Shown: positions 1-15,018, counted from the first letter of the stretch. The stretch: 64,000 bases of DNA from Octopus sinensis (GCF_006345805.1 NC_043011.1:5580001-5644000); one strand, 5' to 3'. Made by a program: numbers and translations. Notes: generated by a model from the letters alone, not told the origin.

Positions 1-291
1 TGATGATGGAAGCCCTGATGCAGTACCAGGCAGTGGCTCTCATGGCTTCTGATCTTAGCTGATTGGAAGTGTTATCATGTACGTTGTTTTGTCTTGCTAT
101 AAAAGATGGGCTATAGCAAATATTCTGCTCAATACCACGGATTTGCTTGTCAGTTGTTTGGCTTTAACCAGTTGACCATGTCCCTTAGTAGATGACGATA
201 TGTGCATCTCTGACCACGAGCAGAAGTAGTGGGGGAGCATCATAGCCATGTGTTGAGAGGGATTCTTTGGGGTTTTAATAATTCACCTGTG

Positions 292-566
292 GAAACATGG
301 GTGGTTCGTTCAATATCCTTAAACAATCCTTATTCAGGGACTTTTGAGCGGGATGGGTTACTCGACCAGAAGAAAATTCTAACTGGGCCCCACCTGCAAG
401 ATCATATGCTGTTTATCATGATATGAGATCACCATGTCGCGCACGAATGGTTGTGATGTATGTGTCTGGTGTACTCTTATCAAACGGGTAGTCATGATGG
501 GTATATTGGGTTTCATATAATTGTACCCCAGTGTCACTTTGATGGCATGCACTGCTCTCTCACTCA
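292..566 (+). repeat. Interspersed repeat ending in (TAA)n
   Basis: A similar copy lies at 15662-15940, and its last ~150 bp recur at 1514-1660. All three end ...ctctcactca followed by taat repeats; (TAA)n at 567-617. Confidence 0.7.
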
Positions 567-617
<51 letters not shown>

Positions 618-619
<2 letters not shown>

Positions 620-1513
620 GTATATGACATGATACCACACATTTGGATAAGAAAAACAATGGACAAGTTTGGAATAGCAAAGCACATGGAGAAAATTCGT
701 AATGAAAGTCTGAATCATTGGAATACTGAATTGATGGGAGGAAAACTGAACATCAGACGTGGAATATTCCGAGGTGATAGCTAATTTCCATTACTATTCG
801 CATTGGCCATTATACCACTCACTTATAGAAGCAACAGTAGAGAAAGGAAACAGATTGTACGTTGACAAGAGGCAAATTACCTCGAAACTGCAGTCTGTGC
901 GTATCACTTAGGTTTACGAGAGAGGGATGACCTCTCTTTGCAAATATAAGGGCACAGAAAGTGTGTCTAAAGCCAGCTGGAGACGATGATCTCCTGGGAC
1001 TAAAAGCTACAGTAACACCCACCCTTTGTGGTTAGCCATATTGAGATGGCTAGTATACTTTACGTTGTCGAGCGGTTACTGTTTACATCTCGTTCAGAGA
1101 TTTATTATTGCTCTGAAAAAGATATTAAATTTTATTTTTAAAAAATGAAAGAAAGAAAAAAGTCAAAGCTGAATTCCAAAAATCTTAATGAAGCAATAAA
1201 TTCAAGAGCAGTATCCTTAATCAGATATGGAGTTGGAATTATAGACTGGACCAGAAATGATGTAAAGAAACTTGACAGAAAAACTAGGAAGTTGTTGATG
1301 ATGTATGGAGCCCACCATCAGAACGCTGATATCAACTGGCTGTACTTGAGGAGAGGCCAGGGTGGAAGAGGCAGGAGGGACCAGGGTGGAAGAGGCTTAA
1401 TAGCAGTAGAAGAATGTGTACAGATGGAAAGAAAAAGCCTGGTAGAGTATTTACAGAGCAGTACAGAAAAACTACTAAAGGCAGTTAATAAAGAACAGGC
1501 GATGAAGCGCGTA
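618..1513 (+). mobile_element. R4/Dong-like non-LTR retrotransposon RT fragments, decayed
   Basis: KVYDMIPHIW..RRGIFRGDS*FPLLF at 618-830 and AINSRAVSLIRYGVGIIDWT..LDRKTRKLL..LYL..GGRGL at 1145-1513 are motifs typical of RLE-type R4 clade RT. The fragment starts directly after (TAA)n. The segment ~830-1100 is unassigned. Confidence 0.7.
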
Positions 1514-1670
1514 ATATGAGATCACCATGTCGCGCACGAATGGTTGTGATGTATGTGTCTGGTGTACTTTTATCAAACGGGTAGTCATGATGGGTATATT
1601 GGGTTTCATATAATTGTACCCCAGTGTCACTTTGATGGCATGCACTGCCCTCTCACTCAATAATAATAAT
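1514..1670 (+). repeat. Second copy of the ~150 bp (TAA)n-ending segment
   Basis: Near-identical to 421-566. Confidence 0.8.
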
Positions 1671-1894
1671 ATATAAACAAGTTTTAACGTTCTAGCTCAC
1701 TTCCGGTGTTGTCCAAATTTGGACATACGACTGTTTAACATAATAGCAACCATTATGATATCTGTAGATATGTATTCTATGCATGTAGGAGTGTGTGTGT
1801 GTCTGTGTGTGTGTGTGTGTGTGACTGTGCCTACGTACCAATTTATCCCTTTGTACCGAAACTAAAACAATTCTAGAATCGTTTGAGCATCGCA

Positions 1895-2075
1895 CAAGAT
1901 ACCTCGTGGTATTACTTTCGCCTATTTCACGTTCTGAGTTCAAATCCTGCCAAGGTCAATTTTGACTTTCATGTCTCTAGGCTCGATAAAATGCCGGACC
2001 ACTGTAGAGCTGGCATCGATAGGACTAACTAAATCCCGCCCCTCTTAAATACTGGCCTCGTACCTAAATCAGAAA
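1895..2075 (+). mobile_element. Degenerate tRNA-derived SINE (family 2)
   Basis: B-box gagttcaaatcc followed by a ggtcaattttgactttcat..cgataaaat core, similar to 29269-29471. Confidence 0.5.
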
Positions 2076-2080
2076 CAGTT

Positions 2081-2133
<53 letters not shown>

Positions 2134-2507
2134 CCCAGAATTTCGTCATAGTAAGAAATTTTTTAACTTGGGAGGTAAAGTGACCAAAACTTTAAAATAA
2201 ACAAATAAATAAATAGAATGCAGAATTGGTTTTCGTGTTTCATAAATGATTGTTTACTGGTGCACTTGGTTTTCTGCAAGATAAAGCACGCAGAATTCAA
2301 AAAGAAAAGAAAGAAAAAAAGAAAGAACATGACTTCTCATAGATTGTAACGTTGTCTGTGATATGCGAAAATCGTGCAGATTTTATCATAATTACCTACG
2401 AACTGAGAGAACCGGCTGCTACAAAGAAAATGTTGAGTGAGAAGAGTTTCGATTTTTGGTTTAAAATGTCTTGAAATTTTACGATGCTGGAGCTATTGGC
2501 AAAAGAT

Positions 2508-2603
<96 letters not shown>

Positions 2604-2702
2604 ACATACACACACACATACATACAAACATACATACATACATACAAACAAACATGCATACATACAAACATACATACATACATACATACATACATACATA
2701 CA

Positions 2703-2736
<34 letters not shown>

Positions 2737-2745
2737 CATACATAT
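2508..2745. repeat. (CA)n + (TACA)n compound microsatellite
   Basis: Seen directly; it explains the HT/VC/YV ORFs here. Confidence 0.98.
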
Positions 2746-4303
2746 ATTTGCCAACTAAGTGTGGGATCCCATACAGGACAGTGCTACTGATGTTCATAGC
2801 CACAGGAAGACATCTCCTTCAGCTGGCTAACGACGCACAGTCTGTGTCCGATTAGTCTTTGCGAGAGGAAGTCATTGCTCCTATTTCTAGCGTTACGTGA
2901 TACACACAGACTTGAGTTCCTGGGTGGTTACCCTTCCTCAGCGGGTGTTAATCACCAGCTAGTGATGAAAGCTCATTCCACTCGCAAATTACTATATACT
3001 TTTCTAGCGACTCACTGTCGCTGATCTCGTAAAAGAGAGAGATATGTTGTATTAAATCCCTGAGCGAGATTAAACAGTAGCGGTACTGAATCGTATGGCA
3101 TCCTATACAGGACACTGCTACTGTTGTTTATAGCCCCAGGAAGACATCTCCTCCTGCTGACTAACGACACAGTGTCATCGCTCCCATCTCTAGCCTTACT
3201 TAATAAAATTTCCTCCGTATTAACATCTTAGGCTTCTTAGTGTCTTGCCCCTTTAACTGGTAATTAACATCATGATTTAAAGGGATACATATTATAATAC
3301 TTATGACCATACCTAGCCATGAGCTATCCACTCACTCTTGTCCTTTATTTGAAATAGACACAGTCTTCTAGTCTTAGATTTAGTAGTTGATAAAGAGATA
3401 AATGAATTAGAAATGAATTACGACCCTTACAACCCTATGACCCCACTATGCTCCACGCGATTCTTAGAAGTTGTAGTCTGTTCTTAGCTACAATAGCAAC
3501 AACATGGTTTTCTTCCATCTTCTTGCTCTGATAAAATATTTAAGAAAAATTATATTAATGTGCCCTACTTGTTAAAATTGCATTTATTTATGCAGCTGGA
3601 GATGGCATTACATTTAAATTGTTGTAATGATTGCATTGTTCAATTAAATGGAGCTACTTGAAATGGTCGAAATGAATTACTACTTGATATCCTATTGCTT
3701 ATTTTGAATTTATTCACCTTTATATGAACTGTGCCGATAATACCCGACTGACTTCGTGCTTCAACTGAATTTCAATTATATATATATATATCACGTGATC
3801 ACGTGACCAACCAAGGTATCAAATGTTACACATCGCTGGTCACAACGCGTCTTTTTACATTGCTTTATACTTCAAATGAGGCCACCCCAGGGGCTAGGCG
3901 AGCAGGTTAATATTCCCCCAACCCTGATCGAAAGGGGGACGGTGCAAGGTGAAATGAAGCGTTTTGCTCAAGAACACAACGCACCACCCAGTCAGGGATC
4001 CGAACCCACGATCTAGCGATCGTGAGTGCAACAGCCTAAACGCTATTTTATTTGTAGGCTGACATGGCTACCAATGGTTTCATGTAGAGAGAAATCTCTG
4101 AAGAATTAGGATTGTTGGTACTCGTCTCCATCTTGGATGAGTATATTTATCTACCAATGCGGTGTTGCTCTCTCATTCTCACTGTTTGATATTAGCATAG
4201 GTACTCCGGCATTGTGCTGTACGCTTCCTTTACCGGGTTAGGTCGTCTGCTATTCTTACTCATCCATTCCACCTTATATTGACTATCTTCAGGTTTTCTT
4301 GAA

Positions 4304-4341
<38 letters not shown>

Positions 4342-4483
4342 TTTTAACTGAAATTCCGTTTGGGAAGTTTGTTTCGTGATTTAAGTTTCACGATACACTG
4401 CGATCTTTAATCGAAACTTTTTGACGATCTATCTACCAGTCTGTCTAGGCAAGTAAGTAAATAGATAGATAGATAGATAGATA

Positions 4484-5646
4484 TGTTTCTTTATTAGCCA
4501 CACAGGGCTGCACACAGATAGAACAAATTACAAGGTAGAGCTTTTCTTTTGAAGGTATTAAAAAAAAAAAAAAAAAAAAAAAAAAGGAAGGGGGAGGTTC
4601 GATCAAAAGGGATCGTAAAAGTAGAGAAAGAGGACAAAAATAAGGGGGGTTAAAAAAAAAAAAAAAAAAGGGGGGGGGGAGAGGAAAAAAAATGATCAAT
4701 AGGGATCGTTATCACAGAAATGTCAATATGAAGTGTAAAGGGGAGGACAGGTGAGGTTTACCCGTGGAAAGAAAAGCCTGCGGAAAAGACCACGGTAACC
4801 TCGGTCAATGAAGTCACATTTTATATTTCTTTTTTTTTTTTTTTTTTTTTTGCAAATAAGCAACTCTCTGTTTTCGATTTCTGGGTTCATAGGACTATGC
4901 TCAAGGTGGCTTCGTCATTCATACGTGCCATTCTTGCTACATTCACCCATCTTTTTTTAAAACATTCGCTAGACAAAACTTGCCTCTCTACTCTCACTTT
5001 CCTTTTCAAGTGGTACTTGAAGAAGTTGATGAGAGATTGACCAGAGAGGAAAGTGTTTGTCTCCAATCCTTTCAGACGCGTCCACCAGATACATTCTTTC
5101 GCCATAGCCACAAGGATGATGAAAATAGCTCTTCCTTCCCGTTTGAAGGAAGGAGGCGTGACAATATTGACGATAGACTCAGCTGATAAACCGACTCGTC
5201 CCACACGTGACAGCAGTTGTTCGACATAAGCCCACAGTCGGAAATTGTTGGACACTGAACGAGTGCGTGCAGAACGGTTTCGTCGCTCTGACCGCATCTC
5301 GGGCAGGTCGGCCCCGTGTTTCTCGAGCCGTGTCTGTAGAGCTTATCCCGAACGGGTAGCGCTTCTCGGTAGCACTGCCAGGCAGGGATCTCTGGAAGTT
5401 GTCCATGGGCCCTGGCCCGAAAGTCGTCCCGAACAGGCGGGTCAGGTACTCCTCGTCGACGTCCAGGTTCGCCCCGAGCTCGTCGTCGTACCTCCCCTCC
5501 ACTAAACCCCTATAGAATGCTTTGGTTGTGTTGAAGTCACTTAAGGTCGACCCAGGACGGCAGAGTTGCTTGAGAGCAACGCGACACTCGCGGTGCCATT
5601 CGCCCTTCCTCGGCCTCTTTTTGATCCACGACTGCAGTTCGGTCAT
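4484..5646 (-). mobile_element. Tx1/L1-clade LINE copy A, 5'-truncated, (GATA)n on both sides
   Basis: ORF2 C-terminal translations (KECIWWTRLKGL..FFKYHLKRKVRVE), AATAAA on the minus strand at 4490-4495, GATA at 4461-4483 and from 5647. Confidence 0.85.
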
Positions 5647-6343
<697 letters not shown>

Positions 6344-9300
6344 TAACTTTCTTTTATTCGCCACACAGGGCTGAATACAGAGGGACAAATACAAATGCAG
6401 AGGCTTTTCTTTTCGAGGATGGAAAAAAATAAAAAAATGTAAGATTGCGATCAAAAGGGATCGAAAGGAGGAAAAAAAAAAGGAAAAAAAAAAGAAAATC
6501 GTGTATCACAGAAATAATGGTGTAAACATTGATATAACAAGATTGGGTTCATCCGTGGGAAGAAAAGCCTACAGAAAAGACCACGGGAACCCAGTCAGGG
6601 AGGAAATAAACACATGAGGTCAAAAATGCTCTCTTCTTTCTTTTTTACGATCTACAGGATCATGCTCAAAATGGTTTCGTTACTAGCACGCACCATCTTT
6701 GCAACATTCACCATCTTTTTTGAATCTTTCGCGAGACAAAACTTCCTCTCCATTCTCACCTCCTTTTCAAGTGGTACTTGAAAAAGTTGATGAGCGATTG
6801 GCCAGAGAGGTAAGTGTTTGTCTCTAATCCTTTCGCTCGAGTCCACCACACACATTCTTTCACCATGGCCACCAGTACGATGAAAATGCCTTGCCTTCCC
6901 GGTTGAGGGAGGGAAGGGGGCGGAGCAATTCTCACGATAGACTCGGCCGATAGGCGGATTCGTCCCACACGTGACAGCAGCCGTTCGGCATAAGCCCACA
7001 GGTCGGAAAGGTTGGACATGCACGAGTGCGTGCAGAACGGTTTCGTCGCTCTGCCGCATCTCGGGCAAGTCGGTCCAGTGTGTCTGGAACCGTGTCTGTA
7101 GAGCTTATCCGAACAGGTAATGCTTCTCGATAGCACTGCCAGGCCAGGGATCTTGGTGATTGTTCATAGGTCCCGGGCCCAACGAAAGTTGTCTGAACAG
7201 GCGGGTCAGGTGCCTCGTCGACGCCAGACTCTGCCCGAGTCGTCGTCGCACCTCCCCTCCACTAATCCTCTATAGAATGCCTTTGTTGTGATGGAGTCGC
7301 ACAAGTTCGATCCCGGACGGCAGCAGAGTTGCTTGAGAGCAACGCGACACTCGCGGTGCCATTCGCCTAGCCTCGGTCTCTGCTTGATCCATGACTTGTA
7401 GTTCGTCCAAGGAGACGAGCTGCGGGAAAGCGCGCCGCACAAAAGGCGACCACCCCTGTTCACCGTTGTCTATGAAGCGCCGGAGATGTCGCCAGTCTCA
7501 GCGCATGTCTGCGCATCATCAACCACGGCATGCCCAGCCCTCCATTTAGCGGGTGTTGGCAGCAAATGGATCGCCTAACCATCGGAACGTTTCCCTTCCA
7601 CAAGAAGCGGAAGAGTATGCGTTCCAGTTTGGTGATGGTAGGGTCGGGACAAGGCACGACGGTCAGACGATACTCGATGACGGATGCGATGTACGCGTTC
7701 GCCACCTCTCCGCCCGACCTTTTAGGGATAGCTTTCTCTCAGTCCATTTCTGGGTGAGAGTAGCCAACCTAGTCGTTATCTCGCCCCAGTTCTTCTCCAT
7801 TTGGAGGTCCGGACCGAACCAGACCCCGAGCAATTTAAACGGTCCGTCCGTCCAGCGTCCCACGATGGAGACGCTGTTGGACGGCATGGGCTTGCTTCTC
7901 CAGGTGCCGAGCCGCAAGCCAACTGACTTTTCCGGTTAATTTTGCTCCCGTTACCGCTTGTATTCTTTCAGTGTCTTGGCCGACCAGCTGCTCGATGGCT
8001 CGTAGCTCGACACTATGACGGTGACGTCATCGCGTATGCAGACACGCTCCTCCCGCATCCCAGCCTCGTGGGATGCCCCTCAGCGTCGCCAGTTTCCGCA
8101 GTAGTGGCTCAAGAGTCAGTACATACAGCAGCGATGAGAGGGGGCATCCCTGACGAACCGAACGCATGATGTTAAAAGGTCTGGATAGATGACCATTACG
8201 CGAACTACTGAGCGGATGCCGCTGTATAAGGCAGCGATCCACCGCGGAAAACTGGACCGAAACCAGCCGCTTTGAGGACAGCCTCCAAGTAGTGATGGTC
8301 TACCATATCGAAGGCTTTTGATTGATCCAAATTGATCAGCGCCCCACCCATGCCAGGATTTTTAACTACCTGTGTCTATGATGTAGCGCATCAGAGGAGG
8401 TTGTCATGAATACTTCTACCCGGCACGGCGCATGTTTGCGCCTTGTCGATTAGTTTCTTGATGACAAGCGCCAAACTCTCGGCTAACACCTGGCCAAATT
8501 TTCAAATCTGCGTTGAGCAGAGTGATGGGCCTGAAATTATCTATGACGTCCCCTTGTTTGGGTCTTTCTTGATCAGTGCCACTGCTCCTCGCTTTACAAA
8601 GCAGGAATACTCCCGTTCTGCTGCCAGTTGCAGTAGACAGCTGCCAAGACGCCTCCAAACAAGTCTGGCATATGAAAATAAAATTCGTAGGGCAGACCAT
8701 CCAAGCCTGGGACTCTCTCGCGCAGCCTACCATCGCATCCTGTACATCCGCAGCTGTGATAGGCTTTCACAAGACTCCACCTCCCTTGCTTGAGAGTCGT
8801 GGCAAGGCATGCAGGTAGGCATAAAGTCCACTCTGCTTTCTGACTCACCACTTGTCCCAAACAGTTGGGTGAAGTGTTGTTGAAAAACCCCACACATCCT
8901 TTTAGGCTCGAGCAATTCGCGCCCCTGTTCATCTATAAGAGACTTGATGGTGGCTCTGTTGCCTCGTTGCGTCTCCACCACTCGGGCCTCTTGGGCGGCT
9001 CCAACTCCTTCGTTCCTCAGAGCACGCATCCTAGCTCTGACAACGCATCCTGTGTTTGGCGTTGAGGTGTTGGTCGAGGGCCAATCTCGCCGCCAGGAGT
9101 ACGTTGGACGCGATGCCAGTTCTAAGTGCCTCTTCTAAAACCTTAACTAATTCTCCTCTATTCTATTTCGGTCTAATGCTAAGGCTCTACTGTATCTGAC
9201 TGATTCTGCTTAATCGCTTTTTAGGGCATACCACCATCTGTTGTTGATGATGGTACCCGTCAAAGCTCTCTTAACTAATGTGCTGATCCGGTCCCTGTAA

Positions 9301-10065
9301 ACCTGTCGTGCTGTAAAAGACGCGTCAGTTTCCAGTAACCAGGACCCTGCCTATGTGTCTTATCTAAGTCAAGTGTACAAGTCACAAATTGTGATCTGTG
9401 TAACTGACTATATGAAATTGTGGACAACCTACACTATTTTTATCTATTGTCTACAGTCCTACAGAATACTCTGTCTAAGTATGCTCTGGACGACCGATGC
9501 GGTTTTACTCCATGTCCACATTGGCACATTCGGGTGGTCCAGTCGGTACCTGTCAGACAGTTGGAAACGTCTGAGCAGGTCTTGAGGCATTTGCATCCCC
9601 TTCTATTGCTATCTCTGCCCACGTAGTCTAGATGCGTGTCCAGGGTGCATTCCAATCCCCCACTAAAAGTAAAGGACGAGACGTTCCCATGAAAGACTCT
9701 AGACGTCGAAAGAAATCTGGTCGGCCTGTTAAGGCGGAGCATAAACTGCTATCAGTCGAAAGCACACTCATTGCTGCCATCGACATCAAAACGACCAGCC
9801 TACCCTCCGGGTCTAGGAATTTGCTCTTACTTTGAGATCCAGACTCTCGAGGATAAGCACCGCGGTGCCACCTCGCCCATTCTCGGTAGACACGGAGAAA
9901 AATAAATGTTGGAAATGTGTCGAAAATGTGCTGGAGTGCCCGAAGCTGTGGAGCTGGTCTCACTGATGGCTATGATATTCAGATTAGTGACTGATGTCAT
10001 TTAACAGGTAGCTTGTTTCCAAGGCGACCCCAAGCCACGTACATTATACTACCTATTCTGAGCAT
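6344..10065 (-). mobile_element. Tx1-like LINE copy C, decayed full-length ORF2 (APE-RT-CCHC)
   Basis: Frameshifted MLRIGSI-NVRGL start at 10065, then LLVGDWNA, NFRPITLLNAD, RSVRQGCPLS and CPRCG..ETVLHAL. Its 3' UTR differs from copies A and D (different subfamily). 10066-10549 is unresolved, then GATA from 10550. Confidence 0.85.
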
Positions 10066-10548
10066 GTTCCGATAAAAAGTGCAAAAAAGGAAAAAGGAGA
10101 GAGAAAAGGTTACTTGTTTTTCGAAAGTTCTTTGTCTTTCACTTCACGGTCTCTTCTATGAGGCTTTTATACAGTTTTTTTGATGAGTACTTTGAAATCT
10201 CCCTAATGCATCAGGGTAAAGAGATTTCAGGGTGCTGTATGTGTTCTGTGTCACGTGTATTATTTTTTAATGTGTTTGTGGTGGTGTTGTATGTGGGTGG
10301 TTACTTGTTTTTATGTCGTTTTTCAGTAATGTTAGTGTTGACCTAATGGTTTCCATTAGGTCGTGGTTGTTTGTGTTTATGGCTGTCAACATTTTTGGGG
10401 GGTTTGATGATGGTGTGTTTGTGTTGTGTGTGTGTTTTCTGTGGATGTTTTTGTAGGGAGTGGGTGTATCTTCCCGCTTGTTTGTTATTTTTCTTTTCTT
10501 TTTTTTCCCCTTTTTCTTCTCCCCCCTGTGGCTATTTGCCAATCTTCC

Positions 10549-10593
<45 letters not shown>

Positions 10594-13500
10594 TGTTTCT
10601 TTAAGCCACACAGGGTGCACACAGATAGAACAAATTACAAGGTAGAGCTTTTCTTGAAGTTTATAAAAAATAAAAAATAAAAAATAAAAAATAAAATAAA
10701 AATAAAATAAAAAAAGGGGGGGGTCGATCAAAAGGGATCGTAAAAAGGAGAGAAAGAGGACAAAAAAAGGGGGGGTTAAAAAAAAAAGGGGAGAGGAAAA
10801 AAAATGATCAATAGGGATCGTTATCACAGAAATGTCAATATGAAGTGTAAAGGGGAGGACAGGTGAGGTTTACCCGTGGAAAGAAAAGCCACGGAAAAGA
10901 CCACGGTAATCGGTCAATGAAGTCACATGTTATATTTCTTTTTTTTTTTTTTTTTGCAAATAAGTAAACTCTCTGTATTAATTTTTACGTTCATAGAATC
11001 ATAGTCAAGGTGGCTTCGTCATTCATACGTGCCATCCTTGCTACATTCACCCATCTTTTTTTAAAACATTCACTAGACAAAACTTGCCTCTCTACTCTCA
11101 CATTTCTCAAGTGATACTTGAAGAAGTTGATGAGAGATTGACCAGAGAGGAAAGTGTTTGTCTCTAATCCTTTCAGACGCGTCCACCAGATACATTCTTT
11201 GCCATAGCCACAAGTATGATAAAAATAGCTCTTCCTTCCCGTTTGAAGGAAGGAGGCGTGACGATATTAACGATAGACTCGGCTGATAAACCGACACGTC
11301 CACACGTGACAGCAGTCGTTCGACATAAGCCCACAGGTGGGAAATTGCTGGACACTGCACGATTGCGTGCAGAGCTGTTTCGTCGCTCTGCCCGCATCTC
11401 GGGCAGGTCGGCCCCGTGTTTCTCGAGCCTGCCTATAGAGCTTATCCCGAACGGGTAGCGCTTCTCGGTAGCACCGCCAGGCCAGGGATCTCTGGAAGTT
11501 GTCCATAGGTCCGGGCCGACGAAGTCGTTTGAAACAGGCGGGTCAGGTATCCTCGTCGACGCCCAGGTTTGCCCCGAGCTCGTCGTCGTACCTCCCTCCA
11601 CTAATCCCCTATAGAATGCTTTGGTTGTGTTGAAGTCACTCAAGGTCGACCCGGGACGGCAGAGTTGCTTGAGAGCAACGCGACACTCGCGGTGCCATTC
11701 GCCCTTCTTCGGCTCTTTTTGATCCACGACTGTAGTTCGGTCATGGAGACGAGTTGCGGGAATGCGTGCCTCACAAACGGCGACCACACCTGTTCACCGT
11801 CGTCTACATAGAGCCGGAGATGTCGCAGTCTCAGCGCGTGTCTGCGCATCATCAACCACGGCATGCCCAGCCCTCCTTTTAACGGGGTGTGTGACAGCAA
11901 ATGGATCGCCTGACCATCGGGACGCATCCTTTCCACAAGAAGCGGAAGAGGATGCGTTCTAGTTGGTGATGGTAGGGTCGGGACAAGGTACGACGGTCAG
12001 GCGGTAGTAGATGATGGACGCGATGTACGCGTTCACCACCTCCGCCCGACCTTTAGGGACAGTTTCCTCTCGGCCCATTGCTGGGCGAGAGTGACCACCC
12101 TACTCGTTATCTCGTTCCAGTTCTTCTCCATTTGGAGGTCCGGACCGAACCAGACCCCGAGCAACTCAACCGGGCCGTCTGTCCAGCGTCCCACGACGGA
12201 GGTACTGGTGGACGGCATGGGCTGCTTCTCCAGGTGCCGAGCCGCAAGCCCACTGACTTTTTCCGGTTGATTTTTGCTCCTGTCACCGCTTCGTAGTCTT
12301 TCAGTGTCTCGCCGACCCGCTCGATGTGCTCGTGGCTTGACACTATGACGGTGACGTCGTCCGCGTATGCAGACACGCTCGTCCCGCATCCTAATTCTCG
12401 CGGGATGCCCCTCAGAGTCGCCAGCTTCCACAGTAGTGGCTCAAGAGTCAATACGTATAGAAGCGCCGAGAGGGGGCATCCCTGACGGACCGAACGTGCA
12501 ATGTCGAAGGGTCTCGATAGATGTCCATTTACGCGACTTACCGAACGGATGCCTCTGTACAAGGCAGCTATCCAGCCGCGGAAGACGGGACCGAAACCAG
12601 CCGCTCTCAGGACTGCCTCCAAGTATCGATGGTCTACCCTATCAAAGGCTTTCGATTGATCCAAGTTGATCAGGGCCCCCACCATGCCAGGTTCGTTAAC
12701 TACCCTGTCTATGATGTAGCGCATCAGATGGAGGTTGTCATGGATGCTCCGGCCCGGCACGGCGCACGTTTGTGCGTTGTCGACCAGTTTCTCCATGACA
12801 AGCACCAACCTCTTGGCTAACACCTTTGTCAAAATTTTCAGGTCTGCATTGAGCAGAGTGATTGGCCTAAAGTTATGTATAATGTTTCCCTTGTTTGGAT
12901 CTTTCTTCAGCAGAGTTACAGCTCCTCGACTCACAAAACCGGGTATGCTCCCGTTTTGCTGCCAGTTGCAGTATACCGCTGCCAAAACGTCTCCAAACAA
13001 GTCTGGCATACAATAGTAAAATTCGTAGGGTAGACCATCCAAACCCGGTGATTTGTCCCTCGAGCATTCTGCCATCGCTTCCCGCACTTCCGCCGCCGTG
13101 ATGGCACCTTCGCAGCACCCTGCCTTTCTTGTCGAGAGTCGTGGCAGGCTATGTAGGTAGGCACTGAAGTCTACCCTACGTTCTTGCCCTCCACTCGTCC
13201 CGAACAGTCGGGCAAAATGCTGCTGAAAGGCCTCACACATTTTACTTGGCTCGAGCAATTCGCGCCCCTGTTCATCTACCAGTGACCGAATGGTGGCTTT
13301 GTTGCCCTGTTGCGCCTCTGCCACCCGGGCCTCTCTCGCGGCTCCAACACCTTCGTTCCTTAGAGCACGCATCCTAGCTCTGACAGCACATCCTTCGTGT
13401 TTGGCGTTGAAGTGTTGGTCGAGGGCCAACCTCGCCGCCAAAACGTCGGATGCGATGCCACTTCTAATTGCCTCTTCTAGCTTCTTAACTAGCTCACCCT

Positions 13501-13611
13501 CTACTCTATTTCTATACCTAATCGCTTTGCTGTACCTAATCGCTTCTGCTTTTACTGCTCTCTTGAGGGCAAACCACTATTTGTTGTTGATGATGGCTCC
13601 CGTCAAAGCCC
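10594..13611 (-). mobile_element. Tx1-like LINE copy D, 5'-truncated, with a 444-aa RT-containing ORF
   Basis: ORF 12107-13441 has NFRPITLLNADLKIL, LDQSKAFDRVDH, RQGCPLS and YADD; GATA at 10550-10593 and 13612-13697. Confidence 0.9.
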
Positions 13612-13697
<86 letters not shown>

Positions 13698-14868
13698 AGT
13701 TTCTTTACTGGCCACACAGGGCTGCACACAGATGGGACAAATTACAAGGTAGAGCTTTTCTTTTGGGGGATGAAAAAAAATAAAAATTTTTTAAATAATT
13801 AAAAAATGTGGCGTAGGTTTTCCATCAAAAGGGATCGTAAAAGGGAAAAAAGAAAAAAGAAAAAAAGGAAAAGAAACAAAAGAAAAGTAAAAAGAAAAAA
13901 GAAGAAAAAAGAGGAAAAAAGGGGAAGAGGAAAAAAAACGATCAATAGGGATCGTGTATCACAGTGTCATGATGTACCGTGTAAAGGGGGAAGCAGATAA
14001 GGTTTATCCGTGGGAAGAAAAGCCTACGAAAAAGATCACGGTAACCTCGGTCAATATTGTTATATGTTACCACATTTGTTTGCAAGTGAGTAACCCTCTG
14101 TTTTCAATTTCTGGGTTCATAGGATTATGCTCAAGGTGGCTTCGTCATTCATACGTGCCATCCTTGCTACATTCACCCATCTTTTTTTAAAACGTTCGTT
14201 AGACAAAACTTGCCTCTCTACTCTCACTTTCCTCTTCAAGTGATACTTGAAGAAGTTGATGAGAGATTGACCAGAGAGGAAAGTGTTTGTCTCCAATCCT
14301 TTCAGACGCGTCCACCAGATACATTCCTTCGCCATAGCCACAAGGATGATGAAAATAGCTCTTCCTTCCCGTTTGAAGGAAGGAGGCGTGACAATATTGA
14401 CGATAGACTCAGCTGATAAACCGACTCGTCCCACACGTGACAGCAGTTGTTCGACATAAGCCCACAGGTCGGAAATAGTTGGACACTGTACGAGTGCGTG
14501 CAGAACGGTTTCGTCGCTCTGGCCGCATCTCGGGCAGGTCGGCCCGGTGTTTCTCGAGCCGTGCCTGTAGAGCTTATCCCGAACGGGTAGCGCTTCTCGG
14601 TAGCACTGCCAGGCCAGGGATCCCTGGAAGTTGTCCATGGGCCCTGGCCCGAAAGTCGTTTGAAACAGGCGGGTCAGGTACTCCTAGTTGACGTCCAGGT
14701 TCGCCCCGAGCTCGTCGTCGTACCTCCCCTCCACTAATTCCCTATAGAATGCTTTGGTTGTGATGAAGTCACGCAAGGTCGACCCAGAACGGCAGAGTTG
14801 CTTGAGAGCAACGCGACACTCGCGGTGCCATTCGCCCTTCCTCGGCCTCTTTTTGATCCACGACTGCA
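13698..14868 (-). mobile_element. Tx1-like LINE copy E, 5'-truncated
   Basis: ORF 14117-14638 contains CPRCGQSDETVLHALVQC; flanked by GATA and by (CAGA)n/(GATA)n at ~14867-15035. Confidence 0.88.
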
Positions 14869-14886
14869 GACAGACAGACAGACAGG

Positions 14887-15018
<132 letters not shown>

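Noticed and set aside
2396-2855. Overlapping ORFs rich in HT/VC/YI/LS repeats, here and at many other SSRs (e.g. 5643-6454, 28093-28434, 34248-34774, 49718-51068, 56295-56875, 63294-63783)
   Set aside because: They are translations of microsatellites, not genes.
10066-10549. ORF1 or 5' UTR of Tx1 copy C
   Set aside because: No gag-like or zinc-knuckle motif is recognisable and it may be an unrelated fragment, so the 5' GATA flank of copy C was not counted as firm evidence.
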